DNA of 64,000 bases from Clostridiales bacterium (GTDB taxonomy: Bacteria > Bacillota > Clostridia > Lachnospirales > Lachnospiraceae), in assembly GCA_018374355.1 (NCBI GenBank), contig JAHAFI010000006.1, positions 19,124 through 83,123 on the forward strand, read 5' to 3'. Positions 9,253 through 19,866 of the stretch are shown piece by piece (the stretch's first letter is position 1; each line of letters opens with the position of its first letter). The position numbers and the translations under genes were made by a program. The notes under the pieces were generated by a model. That model did not search any database. It was given only the letters and a program-made list of their open reading frames with translations, and had not been told where the DNA came from.

Positions 9253-10595
9253 TACAGAATCAGACCCTCTTTTTCCATCACTTCGATCACGCCGTCCACC
9301 ATTTCTTTGCAGATGGAATCCTTCTTTGCTTCCACCATAACGCGGATTACCGGCTCAGTTCCGCTTTCCCGCACCAGAATTCTTCCGTCGCTGCCTAATT
9401 TCTTTTCAACCTCTGCAACGGCTTCCTGTACCGCTTTATTATTTCTTGCTGCCGCTTTATTAAATACTCTTACATTTTTCAGAAGCTGTGGATATATGGA
9501 AACCTCAGAAGCCAGCGTATTCAGCGGAAGCTTCTTCTCAATAATAACCTCCATGACCATCAGGGAAGTCAAAAGGCCGTCTCCTGTGGTTGCGTGTTTG
9601 CTGAAAATAATGTGACCGGACTGTTCTCCGCCCAGACTGTGGCCGTTGGCCATCATATTTTCACAAACGTATTTATCTCCCACTGCCGTCTTTTCGTATT
9701 TGATGCCCGCTCTGTCACAGGCCTTGTAAAGTCCCAGATTGGACATGATGGTGGTAACGATGGTGTTATTTTCCAGTCTTCCCTGCTCCATCATATATTT
9801 TCCGCAGACATACATAATCAGATCACCATCTATAACATTTCCCAGATGGTCCACTGCTATACATCTGTCCGCATCACCGTCATAGGCAAATCCCACATCC
9901 AGATGTTTCTCTTTTACAAACTTCTGCAGAACCTCAATATGTGTGGAACCGCAGTTGGTATTGATATTCGTTCCGTCCGGCTCGTTGTTGATCACATAGG
10001 TTTTTGCTCCCAAAGCGTCAAATACACTCTTTGCGATAGAGGAAGCGCTTCCGTTGGAGCAGTCCAGACCTACCCGGTAATTCTTAAAAGAACGGGTGGG
10101 GATAGAAATCAGATAGCCGATGTAGCGGTTTCTTCCTGCGGAGAAATCAATCGTCCGTCCGATATCTTCTTTTACTGCATAAGGAAGCTTCGGCTCTTCA
10201 TCATCGATGTATTTCTCGATCTGAGCTTCCACCTCTGCGTCCATTTTCTGACCGTTTCCGTTAATGATCTTGATTCCATTGTCATAGAAAGGATTGTGGC
10301 TGGCAGAAATCATAATTCCGCAGTCAAAATTTTCCGTGCGCACCACATAGGAAACACTTGGAGTCGTTGTTACATGCAGCAGATACACATCTGCTCCCGA
10401 AGCTGTCAGTCCTGCAACCAGAGAGTATTCGAACATGTAGCTGCTTCTTCTCGTATCTTTTCCGATAACAATCTGCGCCTTGTGTTCTTTGCCGTAGTAC
10501 CATCCCAGAAAACGTCCTACCTTATAGGCATGTTCCACTGTCAGATCCACGTTGGCCTCTCCGCGAAAACCGTCTGTACCAAAATATTTTCCCAT
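9252..10595 (-). CDS. glmM: Phosphoglucosamine mutase
   Basis: KYFGTDGFRG, MISASHNP, DGDADR, GGEQSGH, VRESGTEP. Confidence 0.96.
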   Translation of the reverse strand: MGKYFGTDGFRGEANVDLTVEHAYKVGRFLGWYYGKEHKAQIVIGKDTRRSSYMFEYSLVAGLTASGADVYLLHVTTTPSVSYVVRTENFDCGIMISASHNPFYDNGIKIINGNGQKMDAEVEAQIEKYIDDEEPKLPYAVKEDIGRTIDFSAGRNRYIGYLISIPTRSFKNYRVGLDCSNGSASSIAKSVFDALGAKTYVINNEPDGTNINTNCGSTHIEVLQKFVKEKHLDVGFAYDGDADRCIAVDHLGNVIDGDLIMYVCGKYMMEQGRLENNTIVTTIMSNLGLYKACDRAGIKYEKTAVGDKYVCENMMANGHSLGGEQSGHIIFSKHATTGDGLLTSLMVMEVIIEKKLPLNTLASEVSIYPQLLKNVRVFNKAAARNNKAVQEAVAEVEKKLGSDGRILVRESGTEPVIRVMVEAKKDSICKEMVDGVIEVMEKEGLIL

Positions 10596-10629
10596 AATTT
10601 TTTCCTCCTATTTCTTACTCCTCTTTGAT

Positions 10630-11553
10630 TTATACTTCAGCAAGATTGCTGCTGTATACGCCCTGTTCTATCAGTTCCCGGATTGCTTTTTCTACCGCTT
10701 CCCGATCCTCCTGATAGGTAACTCCAAACCAGCGGGAGTCCGTGGGAAGCACGGAAACACTGGCCTTTCCTGACTGAATCAGTTCATCCACCTTCATAGG
10801 AAGCAGGTATTCCTTCTTCAGATCCCCTTCTGGAACGTTCTGCAGGAAGGATACAAATCCCTCATCCAGAATATCCAGAAATTCCGGCTGGAATCCCCAC
10901 ATATTCATGGAAACCAGACTTTCCGTATCCAGCGGAAGGATTCCTTCTTCTGTTTCGCAGCCTGCCCCTTCCGGCGTTTTTACGATATCGAAGGTCTCCT
11001 TGATTCCCACCAGATTTCTATTTTCGTCCAGCCTGCAGATTCCTCTGGTTACCGAACCGTTGTCACTCAATGTATTTTTCAGAACAAAACCGGCCATGCA
11101 GATATCTTCCACACCGTCTTTCATGGTATGCTCCTGTACCAGATAATCATGAAGTTTTACGAACGGATCTTTTCCGTAATAATCGTCTGCATTAATCACG
11201 GCAAAGGGTTCACGGACAACGCCCTTACAGCACCGGACAGCCTGAGCCGTTCCCCAAGGTTTCGTACGGCCTTCCGGCTTTTCAAAGCCTTCCGGAAGAT
11301 CGTCCAGCTCCTGAAATACATAGGCAACCTCTGCAATCTTTTCAATTCGTTTTCCGATAATTTCCCGGAAATCCTTTTCCAGATCTTTGCGGATGATAAA
11401 TACGATCCGGTTAAATCCGGCTTCCAGCGCATCATGGACGGAATAATCCATGATGATCTCCCCGTTTGGTCCCACCGGAGCCAACTGTTTGATTCCCTTT
11501 CCGAATCTGCTGCCCATCCCTGCTGCCATAATGACGAGTGTTGTTTTTTTCAT
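10630..11553 (-). CDS. Sugar-phosphate nucleotidyltransferase family protein
   Basis: LVIMAAGMGSRF...K, PWGT, NADD motifs; ATG 11553 after GGAGGT. Confidence 0.85.
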   Translation of the reverse strand: MKKTTLVIMAAGMGSRFGKGIKQLAPVGPNGEIIMDYSVHDALEAGFNRIVFIIRKDLEKDFREIIGKRIEKIAEVAYVFQELDDLPEGFEKPEGRTKPWGTAQAVRCCKGVVREPFAVINADDYYGKDPFVKLHDYLVQEHTMKDGVEDICMAGFVLKNTLSDNGSVTRGICRLDENRNLVGIKETFDIVKTPEGAGCETEEGILPLDTESLVSMNMWGFQPEFLDILDEGFVSFLQNVPEGDLKKEYLLPMKVDELIQSGKASVSVLPTDSRWFGVTYQEDREAVEKAIRELIEQGVYSSNLAEV

Positions 11554-11581
11554 TTTCCTTACCTCCAAAACACTGCAGACT

Positions 11582-12652
11582 TTATTCCTGCAGATTTGCC
11601 AGTTTTGCTGCCTGATCTGCTGCGATCAGGCTGTCGATTACTTCCTGCAGATCACCATTCATAATTCCGTCAAGCCGGTGAATCGTCAGCTTGATTCTGT
11701 GATCCGTCACTCTTCCCTGAGGGAAGTTGTAGGTTCTGATTTTTTCTGAGCGGTCTCCCGTTCCCACCTGACTTCTTCTTGCTTCCGCCTCCGCATCATG
11801 GCGTTTCTGCAGTTCCAGATCATACAGACGGGAGCGAAGCACCTTCACGGCTTTATCCCTGTTTTTAAGCTGAGATTTTTCATCCTGACAGGAAATCACG
11901 ATTCCTGTAGGGATATGGGTCAGACGAACTGCAGAGTCCGTGGTATTTACGCACTGTCCTCCGTTTCCGGATGCACGGAATACGTCAAATTTACAGTCAT
12001 TCATATCAAGCTGGAAGTCAATCTCCTCCGCCTCGGGCATGATCGCCACGGTGATTGTGGAGGTATGGATTCTTCCGCCGGATTCCGTCTCCGGTACACG
12101 CTGTACCCGGTGTACTCCGCTCTCGTATTTGAGCCGGGAATAAACACCGCTGCCGTTGATCATAAAGGTAACTTCCTTAAATCCGCCGATTCCGTTTTCA
12201 TTCAGGGACATCATCTCTGTTTTCCAGCGCTGGGTCTCCGCATATTTTACATACATGCGGTAAATCTCCGCCGCAAATAAAGCGGCCTCATCTCCGCCGG
12301 CGCCTGCACGGATTTCGACGATTACGTTTTTATTGTCATTGGGGTCCTTGGGCAGAAGCAGAATCTTCAGTTCATGCTCCAGCTCTTCAATCCGTTTCTT
12401 TGCCTCGGAAAGCTCTTCCTTCAGCATCTCCCGCATCTCTTCATCGGATTCCCCATCCAGCATGGACAGGCTCTCCTCTACAGTCTGCTGGCAATCCTTA
12501 TACTCTTTATATGCGTCTACAATCGGCTGTAAATCGCTCTGTTCCTTCATCAGCTTCTGAAATCTTGCAGGGTCATTTGCAACTCCCGGCTCATTCAGCT
12601 CGCTGAGTATTTCTTCCAGACGAATCAGCAAATCTTCCAATTTATCAAACAT
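11582..12652 (-). CDS. prfA: Peptide chain release factor 1
   Basis: GGQ motif, PET tripeptide (VPETES), [11 protein letters not shown]. Confidence 0.97.
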   Translation of the reverse strand: MFDKLEDLLIRLEEILSELNEPGVANDPARFQKLMKEQSDLQPIVDAYKEYKDCQQTVEESLSMLDGESDEEMREMLKEELSEAKKRIEELEHELKILLLPKDPNDNKNVIVEIRAGAGGDEAALFAAEIYRMYVKYAETQRWKTEMMSLNENGIGGFKEVTFMINGSGVYSRLKYESGVHRVQRVPETESGGRIHTSTITVAIMPEAEEIDFQLDMNDCKFDVFRASGNGGQCVNTTDSAVRLTHIPTGIVISCQDEKSQLKNRDKAVKVLRSRLYDLELQKRHDAEAEARRSQVGTGDRSEKIRTYNFPQGRVTDHRIKLTIHRLDGIMNGDLQEVIDSLIAADQAAKLANLQE

Positions 12653-12670
12653 TCTTTCTCCTCCTGAATT

Positions 12671-13519
12671 TTATCCTGTCCGCTTTCTTCCCAGTGCCAC
12701 CCGGTCAAGTCCCGCCAGATCCCGGCAGACCTCCACCTGTTCATATCCTGCTTGGGTGAGCAATGCTCTCAAAGCTTCTCCCTGATCATATCCAATCTCA
12801 AAACAGAGCCAGCCGCCCGGATTCAGATATCCGTCCGCCTGCTCCACAATTTTCCGGTAAAAATAAAGGCCGTCCTCTTTTCCATCCAGCGCAAGCCGTG
12901 GTTCATGATCCCGCACCTCGGGCATCAGCGTCTCCAGCTCCTTCGAAGCAATGTAGGGAGGATTCGATACAATCATATCATAAGTTCCCCGAACCCGGGA
13001 AAATAAATCGCTCTCCGTAAATTCTGCCGGTATTTCCAGCCGTCTGCTGTTTTCCTTGGCCACAAGCAAGGCTTCCGGAGAAATATCCACCCCTGCTCCC
13101 GTAAGTCCCAGCTCACAGTGTTCGCCCAGCAGGCTTAAAAGAATACAGCCGCTTCCTGTACACACATCCAGAAGCTTCATACCGTGTTCCAGCCGTTTTC
13201 CCGCTTCCTCCACCAGTATCTCTGTATCAAACCGGGGAATCAATACCTGCTCGTTCACATAAAACTCATATCCCATGAACCAAGCCGACCCGGTAATCTG
13301 CTGAAGGGGAATCCGTTCTTCCCGCTGCTTCAGCAGCTTTTCATACCGTTTCCCCTGTTCCTCATCTATTTTATCATTTTCATGAAGAAAATAATAGCTT
13401 TTTTCTATTCCAAAGGCAAATTCCATCAGCGCCCAAGCATCTGTCCGCCCATCGGGAACACCAGCCTTTAAAAGCCGCTGTTCACCCTCTTTTAAAGTTT
13501 CTCTCAATGTCCTCATCAT
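12671..13519 (-). CDS. prmC: Release factor glutamine methyltransferase
   Basis: LIPRFDTE, DVCTGSG, NPPY; adjacent to prfA. Confidence 0.95.
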   Translation of the reverse strand: MMRTLRETLKEGEQRLLKAGVPDGRTDAWALMEFAFGIEKSYYFLHENDKIDEEQGKRYEKLLKQREERIPLQQITGSAWFMGYEFYVNEQVLIPRFDTEILVEEAGKRLEHGMKLLDVCTGSGCILLSLLGEHCELGLTGAGVDISPEALLVAKENSRRLEIPAEFTESDLFSRVRGTYDMIVSNPPYIASKELETLMPEVRDHEPRLALDGKEDGLYFYRKIVEQADGYLNPGGWLCFEIGYDQGEALRALLTQAGYEQVEVCRDLAGLDRVALGRKRTG

Positions 13520-14484
13520 TGGCTGTCACCATACTGTTGGGGAAAATTTTCCTTCAGATATGCCTTCCAGTCAAAAACCGCTTCCACAGCGGCAATAGCC
13601 ACCTCCGCCATCTCCGGCTCCGGCTCTCTGGTCGTAAGTCTCTGAAGAGCCAGCCCCGGCTTACTTAAAAGCGTCACCAGCGGATTTTCACTTCTTCCTG
13701 CCAGACGGATGATTTCATAAGAAACCCCTGCGATTACCGGAAGCAGCATCAGACGTACTGCCACCCGAAGCCAAGGGGATTCCACCCGGATGAACAGGAA
13801 AAAAATGATGCTCACGATCATTACAAACAACAGAAAACTGGTTCCGCACCGTTTATGTTCCCGGGAGCTTTTCATCACATTTTCCACGGTCAGCTCCAGA
13901 CCGTGTTCCACGCAGTTGATACATTTATGTTCCGCTCCGTGGTACATAAATACCCGCTGGATATCCTTCATCCGGGAAATCAGCAGCAGATATCCCAAAA
14001 ACAGAAGCATCCTCATACATGCTTCCCCAATTGCGATCAAGCCTTCCGACTGGGTCACATTCCTTAAAAAGCTGGCAAGAAAATAAGGCAGCATGATAAA
14101 CAATGCAATGGAAAGTACCACGGAAAATGCAACGGTACCATACATCAGCCATTTCTCCTGTTTTTCTTTCTTTGCCTCGGCCTTCTCCTGCTCTTCTCTG
14201 GTCATTTCTTTTTTCTTTTCCGTCTCTTTCTCCTCTTCTTCCTCAAAAAAGCTGGCGGAATAGGTCAGACATTTCATTCCAACAACCAGTGATTCAAAAA
14301 AGGCAATCACGCCGCGGAAAATCGGCAGCTTCCACAGCTTTTTATCCTTTGTCCAACTGCTGTAGGGTTCTACCTTGATTTCAATCTCCCCGTCCGGCTT
14401 TCTGACGCCCACGGAATACTGATCCCCGCTTCGCATCATAATCCCTTCCATCACTGCCTGACCACCAATATTTGATGATTTCAT
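13516..14484 (-). CDS. DUF1385 membrane protein
   Basis: IGGQAVMEG, YHGAEHK, HKRCGTSF, LTTREP; start moved to 14484 after GGAGG. Confidence 0.88.
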   Translation of the reverse strand: MKSSNIGGQAVMEGIMMRSGDQYSVGVRKPDGEIEIKVEPYSSWTKDKKLWKLPIFRGVIAFFESLVVGMKCLTYSASFFEEEEEKETEKKKEMTREEQEKAEAKKEKQEKWLMYGTVAFSVVLSIALFIMLPYFLASFLRNVTQSEGLIAIGEACMRMLLFLGYLLLISRMKDIQRVFMYHGAEHKCINCVEHGLELTVENVMKSSREHKRCGTSFLLFVMIVSIIFFLFIRVESPWLRVAVRLMLLPVIAGVSYEIIRLAGRSENPLVTLLSKPGLALQRLTTREPEPEMAEVAIAAVEAVFDWKAYLKENFPQQYGDSQ

Positions 14485-14579
14485 CTTTCCTCCATCGTCT
14501 ATGAATATCCCCGGATCGGCGGGGATATCTCGTTGTAACACTCCAAATCGTCACATCTGTTTACAGTTTCCCGGAGAGT

Positions 14580-14613
14580 AAAACGGGTTGAGATTTTATC
14601 AACCTCAACCCGC
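14580..14613 (-). terminator. Terminator after rpmE
   Basis: CGGGTTGAG/CTCAACCCG stem with T tail on minus strand. Confidence 0.7.
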
Positions 14614-14630
14614 TCAATACTCGTATTTTT

Positions 14631-14834
14631 TTATGCGTTAATGCCGTATTTTTTATTGAACTTATCAATACGTCCACGGGCTGCAGCCGCTTTCTGCTGT
14701 CCTGTATAGAAAGGATGGCATTTGGAACAAATTTCTACGTGAATATCTTTCTTTGTAGAACCTGTTACGAATGTGTTTCCGCAGTTGCATGTTACTGTTG
14801 CCTGATGATATTCCGGATGGATTCCTTCTCTCAT
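14631..14834 (-). CDS. rpmE: 50S ribosomal protein L31 (Zn-binding type)
   Basis: MREGIHPEY...CNC...[10 protein letters not shown]. Confidence 0.97.
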   Translation of the reverse strand: MREGIHPEYHQATVTCNCGNTFVTGSTKKDIHVEICSKCHPFYTGQQKAAAARGRIDKFNKKYGINA

Positions 14835-15036
14835 GTTTTTCACCTCTTCTAAAATTAATTAATTATATCTATTTGCAAGCGTCCGGCCCTTCAAGATTGT
14901 ATCCGAACCCTCACAGCTATTTTGTTTTTAATATTTAAACAGCTTGTAAAGTATAACATATTCCTGATGGAAATGCAAGTTCTTTCCATTAAAATTTTGC
15001 GTACTTTTTTGTGCAGATTTTGCAGGCTGATATCCC

Positions 15037-16344
15037 TTAGATGAACTTCTGTTTTCTGATCATCTGGACAACTTCTTGGTTATTTCGGGTTTTAGCAAAC
15101 ATATTCAGGATATTTTCCACAGCTTCGTCCGCTTTCATTCCGTTCAGCGCCTTCCTCATGATATAGACAGCCTCCTGCTCGTCCCCGCTCAGAAGAAGAT
15201 CCTCTCTTCTGGTTCCTGATTTTGCAATATCAATGGCCGGGAATACCCGTTTTTCCTGAAGCTTTCTGTCAAGAACCAGCTCCATGTTACCGGTTCCCTT
15301 AAATTCCTCATAAACCACATCGTCCATCTTGCTTCCGGTATCCACAAGCGCAGTGGCCAGAATGGTCAGGCTTCCGCCCTCCCGCATATTTCTTGCTGCT
15401 CCGAAGAAACGCTTCGGCATATGAAGGGCCGCCGGATCAAGACCTCCGGACAGCGTTCTTCCGCTTGGCGGAACCGTCAGGTTATAGGCTCTTGCCAGAC
15501 GGGTGATGCTGTCGATAAAAATCGTAACATCCTTTTTGTGCTCCACCAGACGTTTTGCCCGCTCAATAACCATCTCCGACACCCTCTTGTGATGCTCCGG
15601 CAGCTCGTCGAAGGTGGAATAAATAACTTCCACATTTTTTCCTTTGATTGCTTCTTTGATATCCGTCACTTCCTCCGGACGCTCGTCAATCAGCAGAATG
15701 ATCAGATGCATCTCCGGGTTATTGCGCAGAATAGACTGGGCCGCCTCTTTCAAAAGGGTGGTCTTACCTGCCTTCGGCGGAGACACAATCATTCCTCTCT
15801 GGCCTTTTCCGATCGGGCTTACCAGATCCGTGATCCGCATGGCCATGCTTCCTCCCGGACGCTCCAGCCGCAGACGCTCATTGGGGAAAATCGGGGTCAT
15901 ATCTTCAAAATTGTATCGTTTTACGCTGTCGTTGGGAGACATTCCATTGATGGAAGTCACATAGAGCAGAGCTCCGAATTTTTCATTCTGGCTTTTTACC
16001 CTTGTGCTTCCCCGGAGAATATCGCCTGTTTTCAGATTGAAACGGCGAATCTGGGATGGGGATACGTAGACGTCATTTTCTCCCGGAAGATAATTATCGC
16101 TGCGGATGAATCCATATCCGTCTGCGAGAACTTCCAGAATTCCGTGAGCTTCAATTCCACTGTCAAGCTGTCCGAATTCTGCTTTCTTCTCTTCGATCTG
16201 TTTTTCCTGCTCTTTTGTATCCTCGCTCAACATTCGTTCTACCAGCTCGTCCTTGCGGAGACCGGAAATGCCTTTCAAGCCTCTGGCCTTTGCCACCTCA
16301 CGCAGTTCGCTGGCTGATAATGATTCATATTTTTCTCTATTCAT
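15037..16344 (-). CDS. rho: Transcription termination factor Rho
   Basis: [35 protein letters not shown]. Confidence 0.97.
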   Translation of the reverse strand: MNREKYESLSASELREVAKARGLKGISGLRKDELVERMLSEDTKEQEKQIEEKKAEFGQLDSGIEAHGILEVLADGYGFIRSDNYLPGENDVYVSPSQIRRFNLKTGDILRGSTRVKSQNEKFGALLYVTSINGMSPNDSVKRYNFEDMTPIFPNERLRLERPGGSMAMRITDLVSPIGKGQRGMIVSPPKAGKTTLLKEAAQSILRNNPEMHLIILLIDERPEEVTDIKEAIKGKNVEVIYSTFDELPEHHKRVSEMVIERAKRLVEHKKDVTIFIDSITRLARAYNLTVPPSGRTLSGGLDPAALHMPKRFFGAARNMREGGSLTILATALVDTGSKMDDVVYEEFKGTGNMELVLDRKLQEKRVFPAIDIAKSGTRREDLLLSGDEQEAVYIMRKALNGMKADEAVENILNMFAKTRNNQEVVQMIRKQKFI

Positions 16345-16597
16345 TCAATTATTTCCTTTCCGTTTAACGGTCTGTACTGCTGTCTTCTATCTATACAGGT
16401 ACACTTATATTTAGCGTACCATTCACACCGTTATTTGTCAACTTTCTTGCTCAATATTTCATCCTTCTACTATAACCTCCTGTTGGCACTCTTTGAACAG
16501 CCGCTTGCATATTTCCCCCAATCTGCTATGATAGGATTACTGTAATCGTCCTTCATCGTTACAGATTACTTTACATTATTTTTTCGAGGTGTTACAT

Positions 16598-17926
16598 ATG
16601 CAGCATGATCTGACTAAGGGGCCGATTGCCTCCTCCATCCTTCGTTTTGCTTTTCCCATGATTCTGGGAAATCTTCTTCAGCAGTGCTACAACGTTGCCG
16701 ACACGCTGATCGTCGGCCGTTTTTTAGGAACCGATGCCCTGGCAGCCGTTGGCTCCGCCTACACGCTGATGACCTTCCTTACCTCTATCTTTATCGGTCT
16801 TTGTATGGGAAGCGGCGTTTTATTTTCGGTCTGCTTCGGAAGAAAGGACATGGAGGGACTGAAAAGAAGCATGTTTCTGTCTTTTACCATGATCGGTCTT
16901 CTGACGCTGGTTCTGAATATCGCAGTTTTCCGTTATCTGGACCTGATTTTAGTCTGGCTTCATATCCCCTCCTCCGTCCTTCCGCTGTTTCGGGAGTACA
17001 TACGGATTATTTTCTGGGGAATCAGCGGTACCTTCCTTTATAATTATGCAGCCGCTCTTTTGCGGGCGCTGGGAAATTCCTCCGTTCCCCTGATTTTTCT
17101 GGGAATCTCTGCTGTTTTGAATCTGGTTCTTGACCTCTGGTTTGTTTTGGGATTTTCTTGGGGAATTGCAGGAGCCGCCTTTGCCACGATTCTTGCACAG
17201 TTTGTATCCGGTTTTGGAATCGTCGGTTACGTTCTGATCCGGCATCCCGAGCTGCGGATTTCCCGACAGCATATGGGCTTTCACAAACACCTGCTTCTGG
17301 AAATTGCCCGCTGCTCCCTCCTCACCTGCCTTCAGCAGTCCGTGATGAATCTGGGAATTCTGATGGTACAAGGGCTGGTCAACAGCTTTGGCACCACCGT
17401 CATGGCGGCATTTGCTGCCGCAGTGAAAATCGACTCCCTCGCCTACCTTCCGGTACAGGATTTTGGAAATGCGTTCTCCACCTTTATTGCACAGAACCAC
17501 GGGGCCGGACAAACGGAGAGAAACCAAAAGGGCATCCGGGTGGCTGTGAGGACATCTGTGATTTTCTCTGTGGCGATCTCGCTGGTGGTCTGTATTTTCG
17601 CCCGCCCTCTCCTTCAGCTCTTTGTTGCACCTGAAGAGACGGAAATCCTCTCCGTGGGTGTGGAGTATCTGCGGATTGAGGGCGCGTTCTACTGGGGAAT
17701 CGGCTGTCTCTTCCTTTTATATGGGCTTTTCAGGGGAATGCAGCGGCCGGGAATTTCACTGGTGCTTACAGTGATTTCACTGGGAACCAGAGTGGTTCTG
17801 GCCTACGTTCTTTCTGCTGTGGATTGGATGGGTGTCACGGGAATCTGGGCAGCGGTGCCTATTGGATGGGTTTTGGCGGATATTGCGGGATTTGGTTATT
17901 ACCGGGTATTACGGCGTAAAAAATAG
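16598..17926 (+). CDS. MATE family efflux transporter
   Basis: DLTKGPI...PMILGNLLQQCYNVADTLIVG; hydrophobic two-repeat MATE pattern. Confidence 0.92.
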   Translation: MQHDLTKGPIASSILRFAFPMILGNLLQQCYNVADTLIVGRFLGTDALAAVGSAYTLMTFLTSIFIGLCMGSGVLFSVCFGRKDMEGLKRSMFLSFTMIGLLTLVLNIAVFRYLDLILVWLHIPSSVLPLFREYIRIIFWGISGTFLYNYAAALLRALGNSSVPLIFLGISAVLNLVLDLWFVLGFSWGIAGAAFATILAQFVSGFGIVGYVLIRHPELRISRQHMGFHKHLLLEIARCSLLTCLQQSVMNLGILMVQGLVNSFGTTVMAAFAAAVKIDSLAYLPVQDFGNAFSTFIAQNHGAGQTERNQKGIRVAVRTSVIFSVAISLVVCIFARPLLQLFVAPEETEILSVGVEYLRIEGAFYWGIGCLFLLYGLFRGMQRPGISLVLTVISLGTRVVLAYVLSAVDWMGVTGIWAAVPIGWVLADIAGFGYYRVLRRKK

Positions 17927-17947
17927 CCCTTATTTTAAGGGCTAAAC
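17920..17947. terminator. Hairpin between MATE gene and tRNA-Leu
   Basis: TAGCCCTTA-TTT-TAAGGGCTA at a convergent junction. Confidence 0.6.
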
Positions 17948-17950
17948 GAC

Positions 17951-18030
17951 TGCGGTTAGTGGGACTCGAACCCACACGGTTGCCCACTGGCACCTAAAAC
18001 CAGCGCGTCTGCCAATTCCGCCATAACCGC
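17951..18030 (-). tRNA. tRNA-Leu (TAG)
   Basis: GCGGTTATGGCGGAATTGGCAGACGCGCTGGTTTTAGGTGCCAG...GTTCGAGTCCCACTAACCGCA; long variable arm. Confidence 0.95.
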
Positions 18031-18053
18031 ATATTTCTTTTTATCACCTGAGT

Positions 18054-18082
18054 AAAAAAAAGACAAGTCCTTTGACTTGTCC
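18054..18082 (-). terminator. Intrinsic terminator after tRNA-Lys
   Basis: GACAAGTC-AAAG-GACTTGTC followed by 8 T on minus strand. Confidence 0.75.
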
Positions 18083-18084
18083 AA

Positions 18085-18157
18085 TGAGGCATCGGGGATT
18101 CGAACCCCGGACAACTTGATTAAAAGTCAAGTGCTCTACCGACTGAGCTAATACCCC
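18085..18157 (-). tRNA. tRNA-Lys (TTT)
   Basis: Cloverleaf; anticodon arm CTTGA-CTTTTAA-TCAAG. Confidence 0.96.
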
Positions 18158-18164
18158 GGATCTA

Positions 18165-18236
18165 CTGGGCTAGACAGATTCGAACTGTCGAATGCAGGAG
18201 TCAAAGTCCTGTGCCTTACCGCTTGGCGATAGCCCA
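18165..18236 (-). tRNA. tRNA-Gln (TTG)
   Basis: TGGGCTATCGCCAAGCGGTAAGGCACAGGACTTTGACTCCTG... Confidence 0.96.
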
Positions 18237-18254
18237 ATGTACGCCTTACGGCAG

Positions 18255-18329
18255 GGTGGATAAAGGGATTCGAACCCTTGGCCTCCAGAGCCACAATCTG
18301 GCGCGCTAACCAACTGCGCTATACCCACC
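18255..18329 (-). tRNA. tRNA-His (GTG)
   Basis: CCAGA-TTGTGGC-TCTGG anticodon arm; encoded G-1. Confidence 0.96.
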
Positions 18330-18357
18330 ATACCTTTTCTCCATAAGAGAAAAGTAA

Positions 18358-18431
<74 letters not shown>

Positions 18432-18459
18432 GTATTCATCAGACGCTACCGTCCGACGA

Positions 18460-18530
18460 AGCGGGTGATGGGAATCGAACCCACGTATCCAGCTTGGAAG
18501 GCTGGTGTTCTACCATTGAACTACACCCGC
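18460..18530 (-). tRNA. tRNA-Gly (TCC)
   Basis: CCAGC-CTTCCAA-GCTGG anticodon arm. Confidence 0.96.
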
Positions 18531-18551
18531 ATGGTAATTAGTGAAGCTGAC

Positions 18552-18626
18552 TCGGGGTGACAGGATTCGAACCTGCGACCTCCTGGTCCCAAACCAGGCG
18601 CTCTAGCCAAGCTGAGCCACACCCCG
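18552..18626 (-). tRNA. tRNA-Pro (TGG)
   Basis: CCTGG-TTTGGGA-CCAGG anticodon arm. Confidence 0.96.
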
Positions 18627-18667
18627 CTTTGTCTCGTGTCAAGCACCTGTCGCTCAACACAAGACGT

Positions 18668-18696
18668 ATTATATTATAGCCTTCACCAAAAGTCAA
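18668..18696 (-). promoter_or_regulatory. sigma-A promoter of the tRNA operon
   Basis: TTGACT-17-TATAAT with an A-rich upstream tract. Confidence 0.8.
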
Positions 18697-18722
18697 CACC
18701 TTTTTTCATTTTTTTTATTTTT

Positions 18723-19208
18723 TTATCTTTCCAGAAAATTTTGGGAAAAATGAGCCTCTCCTTCCTGATCAATTTCCATAATCAGGAAGCCGGGTTTCCG
18801 CCCGGACTGCCGCGGATAGGACAGGCTTCCCGGATTTAACAGAGTGATATTTTCCTTCTGTTCCAGAAACGGACGATGGGTATGTCCAAACATCACCACC
18901 TGAACCCCGCGGCTCACCGCCTCCTCCTCCAGCATGGAGGTATCGATGGAAACCCCGTACAAATGTCCATGGGTAACCATAATCTTATAATTTCCCAGCG
19001 AAAAAATCTCTTCCCTCTCCAAATCCGAAAAGAAATCATTATTTCCTCTTACAATATAACAGGGACATTCGGCGATCTGCCTGATATAATTTTCTTCCCC
19101 CTCCACATCTCCGCAGTGGATCAGTGCATCGATGGGTTTTACCTTCTGCAGAACCCGCATCAATTCGCTGCAGCGTCCATGCGTATCGCTGACTACCAGT
19201 ATTTTCAT
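18723..19208 (-). CDS. Metallophosphoesterase (YfcE/YsnB family)
   Basis: SDTHG, HCGD, RGNND, THGH, GHTH, NPGS. Confidence 0.92.
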   Translation of the reverse strand: MKILVVSDTHGRCSELMRVLQKVKPIDALIHCGDVEGEENYIRQIAECPCYIVRGNNDFFSDLEREEIFSLGNYKIMVTHGHLYGVSIDTSMLEEEAVSRGVQVVMFGHTHRPFLEQKENITLLNPGSLSYPRQSGRKPGFLIMEIDQEGEAHFSQNFLER

Positions 19209-19807
19209 TCCATTCCCACTCTTTCTTTCAGTTCTTCTGCCATTTTTCTAAGGGCTTTTCCTCTGTGGCTGATTTCATTTTTTTTCTCTTCGGAAAGCTC
19301 TGCCGTTGTACATCCAAATGCAGGCACATAAAAAATCGGATCATAGCCAAAGCCATTTTCACCCTTTTCTTCATATCCTATGATACCTTCCACCGTGCCC
19401 TCAGTGGTGATAACCGTTCCGTCCGGAAATGCCGCAGCAATGGCGCATACGAACCGGGCAGTCCGTTTCTCGTCCGGCACTCCCTCCAGACGCTGAATCA
19501 AGTTGGCGTTTTTGATTCTGTAGGAAGTATCTTCTCCCATGTACCGCGCAGAGTATATCCCCGGCTCCCTGTTCAAATAATCGATTTCCAGACCGGAATC
19601 ATCTGCAAGAACCACTTCCCCGGTTAACTGAGAAATTGCCTTTGCTTTGATCACGGCATTCTCTTCAAAGGTTTTTCCATCTTCCACGATATCCGCCTCA
19701 ATACCGGCCTCTTTCATGGAAACCACCTGTACCGGAAGCTGTGCAAGAATTTCCCGGATTTCTTTCATTTTATTGACGTTACCGGTTGCGAAAATAATCT
19801 GCTTCAT
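19205..19807 (-). CDS. rdgB: Non-canonical purine NTP (XTP/dITP) pyrophosphatase
   Basis: ATGNVNK, ADDSGL, PGIYSAR, GFGYDP, SHRG. Confidence 0.95.
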   Translation of the reverse strand: MKQIIFATGNVNKMKEIREILAQLPVQVVSMKEAGIEADIVEDGKTFEENAVIKAKAISQLTGEVVLADDSGLEIDYLNREPGIYSARYMGEDTSYRIKNANLIQRLEGVPDEKRTARFVCAIAAAFPDGTVITTEGTVEGIIGYEEKGENGFGYDPIFYVPAFGCTTAELSEEKKNEISHRGKALRKMAEELKERVGME

Positions 19808-19866
19808 ATTTTGTATACTCCTTATTAATGTTTTATCGTAACAGTTAAGCCCTATACTGTCCCGTT

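Noticed and set aside
14850..14940. Possible L31 autoregulatory leader
   Set aside because: Only a short GTTCGG/CCGGAC stem is visible; cannot match a model without cmscan
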